Assembly (NCBI GenBank): GCA_963753345.1
Contig: CAVWBU010000018.1
Coordinates: forward strand, 64,001-128,000
Length of the DNA stretch: 64,000 nt
Reading direction: 5' to 3'
Origin: an uncultured Fibrobacterota bacterium
GTDB lineage: Bacteria; Fibrobacterota; Chitinivibrionia; Chitinivibrionales; FEN-1185
The notes under the pieces were generated by a model, which was not told the DNA's origin, ran no database searches, and saw nothing but the letters and a program-made list of their open reading frames with translations. The position numbers were made by a program, and so were the translations under genes. Below are positions 32,495-41,991 of this stretch, one piece after another (positions within the stretch are counted from its first letter, which is position 1; each line of letters begins with the position of its first letter).

Positions 32495-32539
32495 TTTGTC
32501 TTGCTTGCCTTGATTTACTTCTGATATTTCGAATTGGTT

Positions 32540-32932
32540 TTATATGAATATTCCAATGAGTACCATAAATATTCCTATTGTTGCAACATTCCAAATCAGA
32601 GAACGCAACAATGGGATTCCAATTGCATATAGTATTGCGTAAGCAATTCTTCCAGTCAAATAAAAATATGTACCCCAAATTATTATTGAATTATGATGTC
32701 CGGTTACCTGTGCAATTATTACTACTGTTGCAAAAAACGGGAATGTTTCCAAATAATTAATTGCAATTCTTTCCAATCGACCTGCAATGCCGGACAATGG
32801 CGAAACAATTTTGTCTCTGTTGCTTGCAGCCCATTTATAGCCACGTTGAAAACTGGCAAAATGTGACGCCATGACGAGATGGATTATTCCCAGAATTACG
32901 CTTAGAACAAGTATGGTCAATTCAATGGTCAT
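32540..32932 (-). CDS. MAPEG family membrane protein
   Basis: GRLERIAINYLETFPFF, GRIAYAILYAIG; locally AT-rich. Confidence 0.82.
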   Translation of the reverse strand: MTIELTILVLSVILGIIHLVMASHFASFQRGYKWAASNRDKIVSPLSGIAGRLERIAINYLETFPFFATVVIIAQVTGHHNSIIIWGTYFYLTGRIAYAILYAIGIPLLRSLIWNVATIGIFMVLIGIFI

Positions 32933-33027
32933 GGTATTCTTTTCCTTCCGCTCACGATGCGCTTAACCTGCCTGTGGAATCCGGATTGCGGATCTCAATA
33001 CTCTGCAACCGAATCGGGGCTTTATTA

Positions 33028-34182
33028 TCACGGCCGTTCGGTGCGCGAAAACCGTATCTCCCGAACATTCCATCGACGGACCGTTTCCTTTCTGAAAAAC
33101 GGCGAATAATAGAACCGCCAGGATTTCCCGTAATACGGGGCGTTGGTGGGGCAGAAGGAAATAACGTCGACGCCCGCCTTTGCCGCAAGGTCCCTGGCTG
33201 CGGCAAGGAATTCGGGCCGGTCGTTCCAGTTGAATAAGACATATTTCCATTCTATGAAGGGCAGCGCGCGGCCCTTTTCGTTGCGGAGCCGCACGACTTC
33301 CCTGAGGTTTGCATACGCTTTTTCAAACGAGCCGCCGCGCTGGTAATGGGACAGGGTCTCGTCGGAAACGCCGTCGATAGAAAAGTAGATATGGTCGGCG
33401 AGCAGCGCTGCTTCGCGTTTGTCCTGCGAGTCGATAAAGGCGCCGTTGGTCGAGATGGTGATGATGATGCCCGGATTTGTTTCCCTGATGACGGCGAGTT
33501 CTTCACGGATGGCGGGGGAGAGGAATGTCTCGCCGTACTTGAAATAATGGACTCGCTTTATTCCAAGGATGCGCAGGGTCTCGGCTATTTTACGGACGTC
33601 GTCGAGCGACATTCTGGTCCTGCGCCTCGACCGGGCGATGCTCCTGCGGTTGCAGGCGATGCAGTCGAGGTTGCAGTTTGAGGTGTTTTCCACCATGATG
33701 CCTTCGGGCGCCGGTGCGCGGCGGCCGAGCATGGCGCGGGCTTCCGATTTGTCTATAGTGCGCAGTTCCACGCAGCGGCTGCACGTCCGCAGGGGCAGAA
33801 CGCCGCGCGCCATTGCCGCGCGAAAGCCGTTCGCAACCGGCCCCCAGTACACCGCCTCGAATGAATCCCGCGCCATGTCTCCCAGGAGGCCTTCGCCGTA
33901 ATCGTCCTGGCAGTTGCACGACACCGTCATGTCGCAGTTGACGCTGATGTTGTACGCGGACCTTCCCTGCAGCGCGTTGCAGAAGAACGCCCTGCCCCGC
34001 AGCCGCGCCCGGGCCTCCATGGCGAGTTTCTTGATATTTGCAAATCCCCGCCGCACCGCGGGCATGCGCGCGGCGTCGAGCACATCGGTGACCGCCCGGA
34101 TCGAGGTGAGCCGGGAAAAGGGGCCAGAAAGGCGCGGAACCGGCGCTCGTGTCATGGGAACCGTTTGCTCCGGGGGGTTCAT
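33028..34182 (-). CDS. Radical SAM protein with N-terminal Cys-rich SPASM/twitch-like segment
   Basis: CNLDCIAC (CxxxCxxC), YGET, STNG, SIDG; N-terminal CDMTVSCNCQD...LGD...CSRC. Confidence 0.8.
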   Translation of the reverse strand: MNPPEQTVPMTRAPVPRLSGPFSRLTSIRAVTDVLDAARMPAVRRGFANIKKLAMEARARLRGRAFFCNALQGRSAYNISVNCDMTVSCNCQDDYGEGLLGDMARDSFEAVYWGPVANGFRAAMARGVLPLRTCSRCVELRTIDKSEARAMLGRRAPAPEGIMVENTSNCNLDCIACNRRSIARSRRRTRMSLDDVRKIAETLRILGIKRVHYFKYGETFLSPAIREELAVIRETNPGIIITISTNGAFIDSQDKREAALLADHIYFSIDGVSDETLSHYQRGGSFEKAYANLREVVRLRNEKGRALPFIEWKYVLFNWNDRPEFLAAARDLAAKAGVDVISFCPTNAPYYGKSWRFYYSPFFRKETVRRWNVREIRFSRTERP

Positions 34183-34319
34183 GGTCGTCCGCGACGACGA
34201 AAAACCGGGGTGAGGCTGCGGACGGCAGGACTAAAATAGTTCAAGGCCGATTTCGGGCGTCTTGGGGGCCTTTCTTCAAGAGCCGTTTTCCAGCAGAAAA
34301 CGGAAAGATCGGTGGTCAC

Positions 34320-34348
34320 TTGACTGTGCTGGCGGGTTGGAGTATACT
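34320..34348 (+). promoter_or_regulatory. Sigma70-type promoter
   Basis: TTGACT-17 nt-TATACT upstream of ATG 34388. Confidence 0.65.
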
Positions 34349-34387
34349 ATATTGTGGAACCGGAAAGATTGATGACGGGGGGTCGGC

Positions 34388-34648
34388 ATGCGCGCGGGAA
34401 TTGCGGGACTTATTCTGGCGGCGCTGGTTTCAGCAGCCACGGCCCAGCATGCGGACACGGGCCTGCGGGCCCCTTTGCCGTGGGAGAAGCCCTTGGCGAA
34501 GGCAAGTGCGGCGACGCCTGCAGCGCCCAAGGACACGCTGCCCGTGACCACTCAAATCAGGAACGACTCCGGCTCGCGCACAAACGTGATCGTGCAGAAG
34601 AAGATTCGCATTTCCGACTTGGACAGGTTTCTGGATATGTGGCGGTAA
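34388..34648 (+). CDS. Small secreted hypothetical protein
   Basis: Signal peptide MRAGIAGLILAALVSAATA; promoter upstream. Confidence 0.6.
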   Translation: MRAGIAGLILAALVSAATAQHADTGLRAPLPWEKPLAKASAATPAAPKDTLPVTTQIRNDSGSRTNVIVQKKIRISDLDRFLDMWR

Positions 34649-34685
34649 AAATGTCCAGCCTGTCTCAAAAGTCAAGAGAAGATCT

Positions 34686-34821
34686 GGGCGCCTCGCCGAA
34701 GACGGCGGCGGTTCTCCTTTCGCGCTCGGCTATTCGCCTCGTTGCCGGACCGCCCTAGTCGCCTGCGGCGAGGGTCGGCCGGCAATGCGCTCTGGCGCAC
34801 CCTTCAGTCCAACCTGGCGCG
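34686..34821 (+). repeat. Motif A, copy 4
   Basis: GGGCGCC...TTGCCGGACC...CGGCCGGCAA TGCGCTCTGGCGCA...CCTGGCGC. Confidence 0.8.
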
Positions 34822-34940
34822 TGGCATCAGTATTGTTCCACAATCAACATCTGCCTGACAAAAGAGAATTCAGTTGTGTCGATCCAAGTTGATCTCGGAT
34901 GGCGCAAGAAACATCTCTTGACAGAGTAAACTCCAGTTGG

Positions 34941-35103
34941 CGCGCGTTAGGTGGACCGGAGGGTGAGCAAAAGCGAATTGCCGCCTGACCACGGCCGAAG
35001 GCCATTGTGGCAGGCGGCAACGAGGCGATCAGCCGAGCCCGCTGGGACGACGCCTCGAAGCACCCGAAGGGGTGGACCGACCCCGCAAAGCGGGGGAACG
35101 CCC
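34941..35103 (-). repeat. Motif A, copy 5 (inverted relative to copy 4)
   Basis: Minus strand GGGCGTTCCCC...TTGCCGCCTG...CAGGCGGCAA...CCTAACGCG. Confidence 0.8.
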
Positions 35104-35121
35104 AGATCTGTACTCTACTCT

Positions 35122-35877
35122 TTATCTATTTTTCCACCCGCGCCAAACCCTGAGCGCCCGTTTCTCCCTCACCCGATCCATGCGCCTGAAAAAGAAGATC
35201 AGTATCACGCCGGCAAGGAATCCGCCCACATGCGCGCCCACGGCCACGCCTCCGCTGTTTCCGCCGAGGGCCGGGAGCACGCCCAACAACTGAAGCAGGA
35301 ACCAGTAGCCGAGCATGAAATACGCGGGCACGATAATCTTGGTGATGAAGAATCCGAGAAACACGAGCATGTGAATGGGCGCGCGCGGATACAGCACCAC
35401 ATAGGCGCCCATGACCCCGCCTATTGCGCCCGACGCGCCCACCATGGGGATTGCGCTCTGAGGGTCAAGCACCATCTGCGTGGCGGCGGCGGCCAGCCCG
35501 CACAAAAGGTAGAAGAACACGAACCTGATCGATCCCATGGAATCTTCAACGTTGTCACCGAATATGGCAAGGAACCACATGTTGCCTATGACGTGGAACC
35601 AGCCGCCGTGCATGAACATGTGGGTGATTGCGGTATACCAGTTGTGGGTGTCTTCGACCACGCAGGCGAGCCCGCCGCCCAGCGGAACTTCGGTGCCGGG
35701 GGGAACAAGGCCGAGCAGTTCGCCCGGCACAAGCCCGTAGTGGCACAAGGATTTGGCGAGCGCGGGGTTAAAGCCTGCGCCCTGGACAAAAATCCAGACC
35801 AGCACATTTATTAATATGATAAGAAATGTGACGACCGCCTTGTGAATGGTCGGGTTGTCGTCGCGGATTGGAAACAT
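35122..35877 (-). CDS. Rhomboid family intramembrane serine protease
   Basis: MFMHGGWFHVIGNM, GASGA (catalytic Ser), AHVGG (catalytic His). Confidence 0.93.
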   Translation of the reverse strand: MFPIRDDNPTIHKAVVTFLIILINVLVWIFVQGAGFNPALAKSLCHYGLVPGELLGLVPPGTEVPLGGGLACVVEDTHNWYTAITHMFMHGGWFHVIGNMWFLAIFGDNVEDSMGSIRFVFFYLLCGLAAAATQMVLDPQSAIPMVGASGAIGGVMGAYVVLYPRAPIHMLVFLGFFITKIIVPAYFMLGYWFLLQLLGVLPALGGNSGGVAVGAHVGGFLAGVILIFFFRRMDRVREKRALRVWRGWKNR

Positions 35878-35999
35878 GCGTAGGTTTTTCGATCGGCTTG
35901 TTACTGTGCCGGATTATGCCCAGACCGCCGGACAAGGGAACTTTTGTCGAGTCTGCGGCATGGTTGGCGGGCGAAAGCCGCAGGGCGCACAGCTCGCTC

Positions 36000-36269
36000 T
36001 TATTTGAAGGTGTAGTGTTTCTTGATCGGCTCCTTGACTTCCCACTCGCATTCGAGGCCCTTGGGAAACCGCACGAAATCGCCTTTGCCGAACTCGAACT
36101 GCTGGCCGTCCTTTGTCCTGACAACGGCTTTTCCCTCGAGCACGTAGCATTCCTCGGTCTGCTCGTAAAACCAGTTGAAGCGGGACACCTCTTTTTCCCA
36201 GATCGGCCACGACAAGGCGCCTTTCTTGCGCAACTCGGTTTTCTTCGGTCTGGTTATTTCAACGGTCAT
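36000..36269 (-). CDS. Cupin domain protein (DUF861/EutQ-like)
   Basis: WPIWEKEVSRFNWFYEQTEECYVLEG...GDFVRFPKGLECEW. Confidence 0.85.
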   Translation of the reverse strand: MTVEITRPKKTELRKKGALSWPIWEKEVSRFNWFYEQTEECYVLEGKAVVRTKDGQQFEFGKGDFVRFPKGLECEWEVKEPIKKHYTFK

Positions 36270-36450
36270 GGGCACGCTCCTTTGCGCTACGATCATAAAA
36301 TATATCTTTTTCTCCGATCATTCTTGTATTATCAAGAGAAAGCAGGAGCTTTTTGGTTCACCTTGCGTCAATCGGAATATATATTTTCTTGACCATATTC
36401 CCCGAGCAACTTCTTTCCGGGCAACATCTTCCACGCGAACGACGGCAGGT

Positions 36451-37161
36451 ATGAACGTTCCCGCGCACATCGGCATCATCCTGGACGGCAACGGCCGCTG
36501 GGCCAAGTCGCGCGGCCTTCCTCGCACGGCGGGCCATCGGGCCGGGACCGATGCCACGCGCGCCATTGTCCGGGCCTGCGGCGAGCTCGGCGTAAGCTAC
36601 CTCACCATCTATGTTTTTTCTGCGGAAAACTGGGGAAGGCCTCGCCAGGAGGTTTCCCTGCTTATGGACCTTCTCGTGGAAATGACACGGCGCGAGATAC
36701 GAGAGCTCAACAAGAACAATGTGAGGCTTCACGCAATCGGCGACCTTTCCAGGCTCCCGCCCAAGACGCGCAAGGAGCTGCTCGACGGAATCGAGGCCAC
36801 AAAGGGGAACACCGGGCTCAATCTGGTGCTCGCGGTGAGCTACGGCGGACGCGCCGAGATCGTTCTGGGCGTTAAAAAATTCGCGCGTTCGGCGCTTGCC
36901 AATCCGTCGGTTATCGACGGGCTGACCGAAGAATCGTTCAGGAGCCTGCTTTTCACGGCCGATTTCCCTGACCCCGACCTTATCATCCGGACCGGCGGGG
37001 AGAAGCGGACCAGCAATTTCCTGTTATGGCAGTCGGCCTACGCGGAGCTGTATTTCACGGACGTTTTGTGGCCCGATTTCGACAAGCAATGCCTTGTGAC
37101 CGCGATCGAGGACTTTAACAAACGCGAACGAAGGTTCGGCAAGGTGAAGGAGGGCTCATGA
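36451..37161 (+). CDS. uppS: Undecaprenyl diphosphate synthase
   Basis: HIGIILDGNGRWA, FSAENW, SYGGR, DLIIRTGGEKRTSNFLLWQ. Confidence 0.96.
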   Translation: MNVPAHIGIILDGNGRWAKSRGLPRTAGHRAGTDATRAIVRACGELGVSYLTIYVFSAENWGRPRQEVSLLMDLLVEMTRREIRELNKNNVRLHAIGDLSRLPPKTRKELLDGIEATKGNTGLNLVLAVSYGGRAEIVLGVKKFARSALANPSVIDGLTEESFRSLLFTADFPDPDLIIRTGGEKRTSNFLLWQSAYAELYFTDVLWPDFDKQCLVTAIEDFNKRERRFGKVKEGS

Positions 37162-38453
37162 TCGACCGGGCCAACCTGTACCGCCGTCTCCTCTTTGCGA
37201 TTCCCGCCATTCCCGTGGGCTGGTGGATAATCAATTCGAATCTTTCGCTTATCCCGGGGACCCCGCAACCGGTGGTCCCAGGTATCATTGTCACCATCGT
37301 CGTTATAGTGCTGGGAGGTTCCGAGTATAACCGGATGCTTTCGCTTCTGTTCCCCAGAAACGGTTTCTGGCTGTGCCTTGTCTGGCTCGGCACCGTGCTC
37401 GTCTGGGGCCTCTTCAGTCCTACGATCCACCTTCGGTTCCTTATATTCATCCTGCTCCTTATCGTGGCGTTCGAGGCGATCGTCTGGGGAAAAAGGAACT
37501 CGGGCCGCTGGCGCCGTGCAAGCCTGTCGTTTTCCGCAGCAGTCTTTCTTTACATAGCGGGAGTCTCCGTCCTGTACCTGTTCGACCCGGATTTCCAGTC
37601 GTTCTTCAAGTCCTTTCCGCAGGAAATGCTGTCCCGCACCGGGGTCGCCATTGTCATCGGTTCGGTGCTCATGTGCGACACCATGGCCTATTTTGTCGGA
37701 AGCGCATGGGGCAAACACCACTACAGCAACATAAGCCCCAACAAAACAGTTGAAGGTAGCATTGCCGGATTCATCACCGCGTTTGTCCTTTGTTCAGTGC
37801 TGTGGATCTTCCTGCGAAATCCGGCATATCCCTGGTACATTGGCCTTCCCATGGGTCTTATTCTCGGAGTGTTTGCGCAGGTGGGCGACCTTTTCGTCTC
37901 ACTCATGAAGCGGTACTTTGGGACCAAGAACGCATCAGACATACTTCCGGGACACGGCGGTCTCCTTGACCGTTTCGGGAGCGTGTTCGTGGCGGTTCCC
38001 ACGCTCGGGCTGTTTCTCCTTGCTTTCGCCTCCAACGACGATGTCAAGACCATAGACGAATATCTTCGCCTCCTGCAAAACAAAGAATTTGAGAAGGCCT
38101 ATGATTTTGTAGGAGATGTATCCATTACCTGCAACAGTGGAAATGCCGGTTCCGCATTTGTCGGGCGAGGTACACGTGCCGAATGGGTCAGCAGACAGAA
38201 ACAATGCGCCGACCTGACAAAAATAGGCAAAATCCAGGAAGTCAAATACTGGGAAAATAAACCCGAGCACGGATTTGAATGCGCATCCGAACTCGGCCTG
38301 AGACTCTACAGGCTCCACCTGCTTTATGAATACAAGACGGACCCTTCGATCAAGCATGCGGCGCCGGAGGGTTGGCAAACGAGATTCGCCTGGCTCAGCA
38401 AAGGCGCCGACTCGAAGATACGGGTAGTGGGGGAACTGGGCACCGGGCCGTGA
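37158..38453 (+). CDS. cdsA: Phosphatidate cytidylyltransferase with an extra C-terminal soluble domain of about 140 aa
   Basis: DTMAYFVG, ISPNKTVEG, GDLFVSLMKR, LPGHGGLLDRF; lies between uppS and dxr. Confidence 0.88.
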   Translation: MIDRANLYRRLLFAIPAIPVGWWIINSNLSLIPGTPQPVVPGIIVTIVVIVLGGSEYNRMLSLLFPRNGFWLCLVWLGTVLVWGLFSPTIHLRFLIFILLLIVAFEAIVWGKRNSGRWRRASLSFSAAVFLYIAGVSVLYLFDPDFQSFFKSFPQEMLSRTGVAIVIGSVLMCDTMAYFVGSAWGKHHYSNISPNKTVEGSIAGFITAFVLCSVLWIFLRNPAYPWYIGLPMGLILGVFAQVGDLFVSLMKRYFGTKNASDILPGHGGLLDRFGSVFVAVPTLGLFLLAFASNDDVKTIDEYLRLLQNKEFEKAYDFVGDVSITCNSGNAGSAFVGRGTRAEWVSRQKQCADLTKIGKIQEVKYWENKPEHGFECASELGLRLYRLHLLYEYKTDPSIKHAAPEGWQTRFAWLSKGADSKIRVVGELGTGP

Positions 38454-38548
38454 TTCGTCGTTCGCCGCGCTAATTTTGCATCGGTCAAGTCGCGGCCATT
38501 CGTACTCACCGGTGAAATAGGTCTCTTGGCGACAGGAATTTTCAACAG

Positions 38549-39715
38549 ATGAACCGCATCAAAATAGTCCTTCTCGGCGCCACCGGCTCCATAGGCACCA
38601 GCGCCTGCAACTGCATTCGGCGGTTTCCGGACAGGTTCGAAATCGCGGGCCTTTCGGCAAACAACAGCGTTGACAAACTCGTTTCCCTTGCCGAAGAGTT
38701 CAGGCCGAAATCCGTGTGCGTTTCGTCGACCGCGGCAGGAGGCAGCCTTGACAATCGCTTCGGTCCGGGTGTCCGCGTATTCACCGGCGAATCCGGTCTC
38801 GAAAAACTGGTGGCGGAAACCGAGTTCGACATTCTGCTCAACGCGCTCGTGGGCGCCGTGGGTCTGCGCGCCACCATGGCGGCGCTCGGGAAAAACAAGC
38901 GCGTCGCGCTTGCCAACAAGGAAAGTCTTGTGATCGGCGGCGACTGCATTGCGGCGCTTCTCCGGGACGGGCACGGCACCATCGTTCCGGTCGACAGCGA
39001 GCACAGCGCCATTCTCCAGTGTTGTGCGGGCGCGGACCGCGCGGCCGTGGAGTCGATTATCCTCACGGCATCGGGCGGGCCGTTTAGGACACTGCCTCTT
39101 GACAAATTCAGAGACATCAGGCCGGCCGACGCGCTCAACCATCCCACATGGAGCATGGGGAAAAAGATCACCATCGACGCGGCGACGCTCGTCAACAAGG
39201 GGTTCGAGGTGATCGAAGCGCACCATCTCTTCGCCATGCCCTACGACCGCCTGCGCGTAGTGATCCATCCGCAGTCGGTTGTCCATTCCATGGTGGAATT
39301 CCACGACGGGGCGGTGATGGCGCAGATGGGCGTTCCCGACATGGAGCTGCCGATACAGTACGCGCTGTCGTACCCTGAGCGCCTGCCGTCCGCGGCGAAG
39401 CGTCTTGACCTTGCGGCAATCCGCGAGCTTTCGTTTTTCGAGCCTGACTACGAGCGGTTTCCGTGCCTGCGGCTGTGTCTTGACGCGGGGAGAATCGGCG
39501 GCACCATGCCCGCGGTGCTCAACGCGGCCAACGAGGTAGCAGTCGCCGCGTTTCTCGACAACGGACTTCGCTTCGACCGGATCGCGTATGTGCTGCGCGC
39601 TGCAATGGACAGCCATGCACCCGCGCCCGCGACGTCCCTGGAGGCCGTCGAGAAAGCAGACCGGGCGGCCAGGGAATTCGCGGCGAAGACGATTTCAAAC
39701 ATCACGAGAGCCTAA
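38549..39715 (+). CDS. dxr: 1-deoxy-D-xylulose-5-phosphate reductoisomerase
   Basis: LGATGSIG, LANKES, PVDSEHSAI, TASGGPF, WSMGKKITID, NKGFE, NAANE. Confidence 0.97.
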   Translation: MNRIKIVLLGATGSIGTSACNCIRRFPDRFEIAGLSANNSVDKLVSLAEEFRPKSVCVSSTAAGGSLDNRFGPGVRVFTGESGLEKLVAETEFDILLNALVGAVGLRATMAALGKNKRVALANKESLVIGGDCIAALLRDGHGTIVPVDSEHSAILQCCAGADRAAVESIILTASGGPFRTLPLDKFRDIRPADALNHPTWSMGKKITIDAATLVNKGFEVIEAHHLFAMPYDRLRVVIHPQSVVHSMVEFHDGAVMAQMGVPDMELPIQYALSYPERLPSAAKRLDLAAIRELSFFEPDYERFPCLRLCLDAGRIGGTMPAVLNAANEVAVAAFLDNGLRFDRIAYVLRAAMDSHAPAPATSLEAVEKADRAAREFAAKTISNITRA

Positions 39716-39740
39716 AAAGGCACGGGGAAAGCGGCATACC

Positions 39741-41108
39741 ATGATTCATCTCATCCAATCGGCGGCGATCGTCGCGCTGTTCTTGGCCGTCGGCCTCGCA
39801 GTGCTGGGAATACTTGTCCTTGTCCATGAAGTGGGACATTTCGCGGCTGCCAAGCGTTTCGGCATTCGCGTGCTCACCTTTTCCATAGGATTCGGCAAGC
39901 CGCTCTATTCCAGGACCGTGGGCGGGACCGATTACCGCATCGGGTTGATCCCCTTCGGCGGGTTTGTGGCCATGTCCGGCGAACATCCGGAAGATAAGCC
40001 GGTGGTGGAACCCGGCGATTTCACCTCGAAGCCCAAATGGCAGCGCGCCGTGGTGGCGATTTCCGGGCCCGCCGCGAATTACCTTTTCGCAATGCTGTGC
40101 CTGTATGCTGCGTTTGCCGTTGGCGTCAACGAGCCCCTGTACCTCAAGCGGCCCTTGATAGGCACGGTCACCGACAGCTCCGCCGCGTGGAAGGCCGGGT
40201 TTCTGGCGGGAGACAGTATTGTCGCCATGAACGGGAAATCCGTGCGCACCTGGGAGGACGTTGAACGGGCGCTTGCCCTGCGCGAAGCGCGGTACGACAT
40301 CGCTTTCGTGCGCGGCGGCGCGCCGCGTGCCGCGGTGCTTGACATGCCGGAATGGCGCGGCAGGGGGCTCCCCAAGGACCCCACGGGCGGGCTGTTCCCC
40401 GTGTACACGCCCGTGATCGGCTACGTAAAGGACGGAACGCCCGCCGCAGCGGCCGGCTTCAAGGCGGGCGATACGGTGGTGGCAATTGACGGAAGCACAA
40501 TCGTCTCGTGGGGCCAGCTCACGCAGCGGGTGATGCATTTCGACAGCACGCGGGGTCCCCTGCAATTCGTGGTGAAGCGCGGCGCAGGCACGGTTCGGCT
40601 TCTCGTGGCGCCCGCGTTCCGCCCCGACGCGGGGACGCGTCAGATCGGCGTGGTGCGGGGCAATTCCGCTTCTGTCAAGGTGCGCTACGGCCCGATCGCC
40701 GCGGCGCGGAAGATGCTTTCGGCGACGTGGGAGAACACCACGCTGGTGTTCCAGGTTCTGGGCATGCTTTCCACGCAGAAGGTGTCCGCCAAAGAGCTCA
40801 CCGGGCCCGTGGGCATCGTCCAGTGGATCGGCATCGTGGCCATGGCCGGGCCGGTTGAGATCGTCAAGCTCATGGCCCTTATCGGCATCAACCTTGCGGT
40901 GCTGAACCTGCTGCCGCTGGTGATCACCGACGGCGGCCTGCTCCTGTTTCTGCTCCTCGAGGCGATTCGCCGCAGGCCGCTGTCGGTGCGGGCCCAGTCC
41001 ATTGTCAACCGGGCCGCGCTCGCGTTTTTTGTCATGCTGTTTCTGTATGTTACGTACAACGACCTGGGCCGCGTGCCGGACCTTCTGAAAGTGATGACGG
41101 GGCGCTGA
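39741..41108 (+). CDS. rseP: RIP metalloprotease RseP
   Basis: HEVGH, FSIGFG, two PDZ-like domains, NLLPLVITDGG. Confidence 0.93.
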   Translation: MIHLIQSAAIVALFLAVGLAVLGILVLVHEVGHFAAAKRFGIRVLTFSIGFGKPLYSRTVGGTDYRIGLIPFGGFVAMSGEHPEDKPVVEPGDFTSKPKWQRAVVAISGPAANYLFAMLCLYAAFAVGVNEPLYLKRPLIGTVTDSSAAWKAGFLAGDSIVAMNGKSVRTWEDVERALALREARYDIAFVRGGAPRAAVLDMPEWRGRGLPKDPTGGLFPVYTPVIGYVKDGTPAAAAGFKAGDTVVAIDGSTIVSWGQLTQRVMHFDSTRGPLQFVVKRGAGTVRLLVAPAFRPDAGTRQIGVVRGNSASVKVRYGPIAAARKMLSATWENTTLVFQVLGMLSTQKVSAKELTGPVGIVQWIGIVAMAGPVEIVKLMALIGINLAVLNLLPLVITDGGLLLFLLLEAIRRRPLSVRAQSIVNRAALAFFVMLFLYVTYNDLGRVPDLLKVMTGR

Positions 41109-41110
41109 CC

Positions 41111-41953
41111 ATGACGATTCGCATGATGTCAATTGCCGCCGGGGCGCTTGCCGCCGCTCTTGCGTGGGCGCCGGCGCACGGGTTCGAACAGAAAGCGCCC
41201 CTCCCGGACACGCTCACCCTGGAGCAGACCCACCTCCTCGACTCGATCGATAACGCCCTGTACGTCAAGGAATGCTGCCGCGGAACGCTCGCCTCCTGCC
41301 TGAGCCGGAAAACGCCGTGCCCGGTTGCCCCGAGGCTCCATGCGTTTGTCAAATGGCTGGTCGTGCGGGCAACCGCGCCGTCGACGATATTCGTTGAGGC
41401 CGACAAGCGCATCGAAAGCCTCACCTCCACGCGAAAGGGCGTCATCGACACGGCCGGCTATGCCATTGCCGGCGACAGGCGCGCGCCGATCCTTATCGCG
41501 GGATACGTGAGTGCAACGTGCCCCATCTGCCACTTTGTGACGCACGAGATGTACGACGCCGTCACCTCGGGCGCGCTTGCCGGCAAGGCAAGGCTCATGG
41601 TGAAGCCGCTCGGCAACGGGTTTGCAAACCGGTCCCTCGTTGCGGCGAACTCTATGGGCAGGTTCTGGGATTTCTTTATCGCGCTTGCAAAGACCAAGGT
41701 CCGCGTGAGCGAGGAACTCATTTACATCGTTGCCGACAGCCTCGGGATATCGCACGGGGAGTTCAAGAGAAAAATAAACGCGCCCGAAACGGACTCAACG
41801 GTAAAGGCCTCCACGCTCGAGGCGGGGGTCAATGGCATCAACCTTACCCCGTCGTATTTTATTGACCGGGTGCGCTATGGAAGCTACAAGGACCCCATGT
41901 GGCTTATTGACGCAGCGGAATACAGGTACGAGACGCTGAAAAAGGCACGCTGA
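41111..41953 (+). CDS. Periplasmic DsbA/thioredoxin-fold protein with Cys-rich N-terminal domain
   Basis: Signal peptide; CPIC motif; TPSYFI cis-Pro-type loop; N-terminal CC-x6-C-x6-C. Confidence 0.7.
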   Translation: MTIRMMSIAAGALAAALAWAPAHGFEQKAPLPDTLTLEQTHLLDSIDNALYVKECCRGTLASCLSRKTPCPVAPRLHAFVKWLVVRATAPSTIFVEADKRIESLTSTRKGVIDTAGYAIAGDRRAPILIAGYVSATCPICHFVTHEMYDAVTSGALAGKARLMVKPLGNGFANRSLVAANSMGRFWDFFIALAKTKVRVSEELIYIVADSLGISHGEFKRKINAPETDSTVKASTLEAGVNGINLTPSYFIDRVRYGSYKDPMWLIDAAEYRYETLKKAR

Positions 41954-41991
41954 AGCCGGGGACCCTGCTTTCCGGCGGATGGACACGGTGC

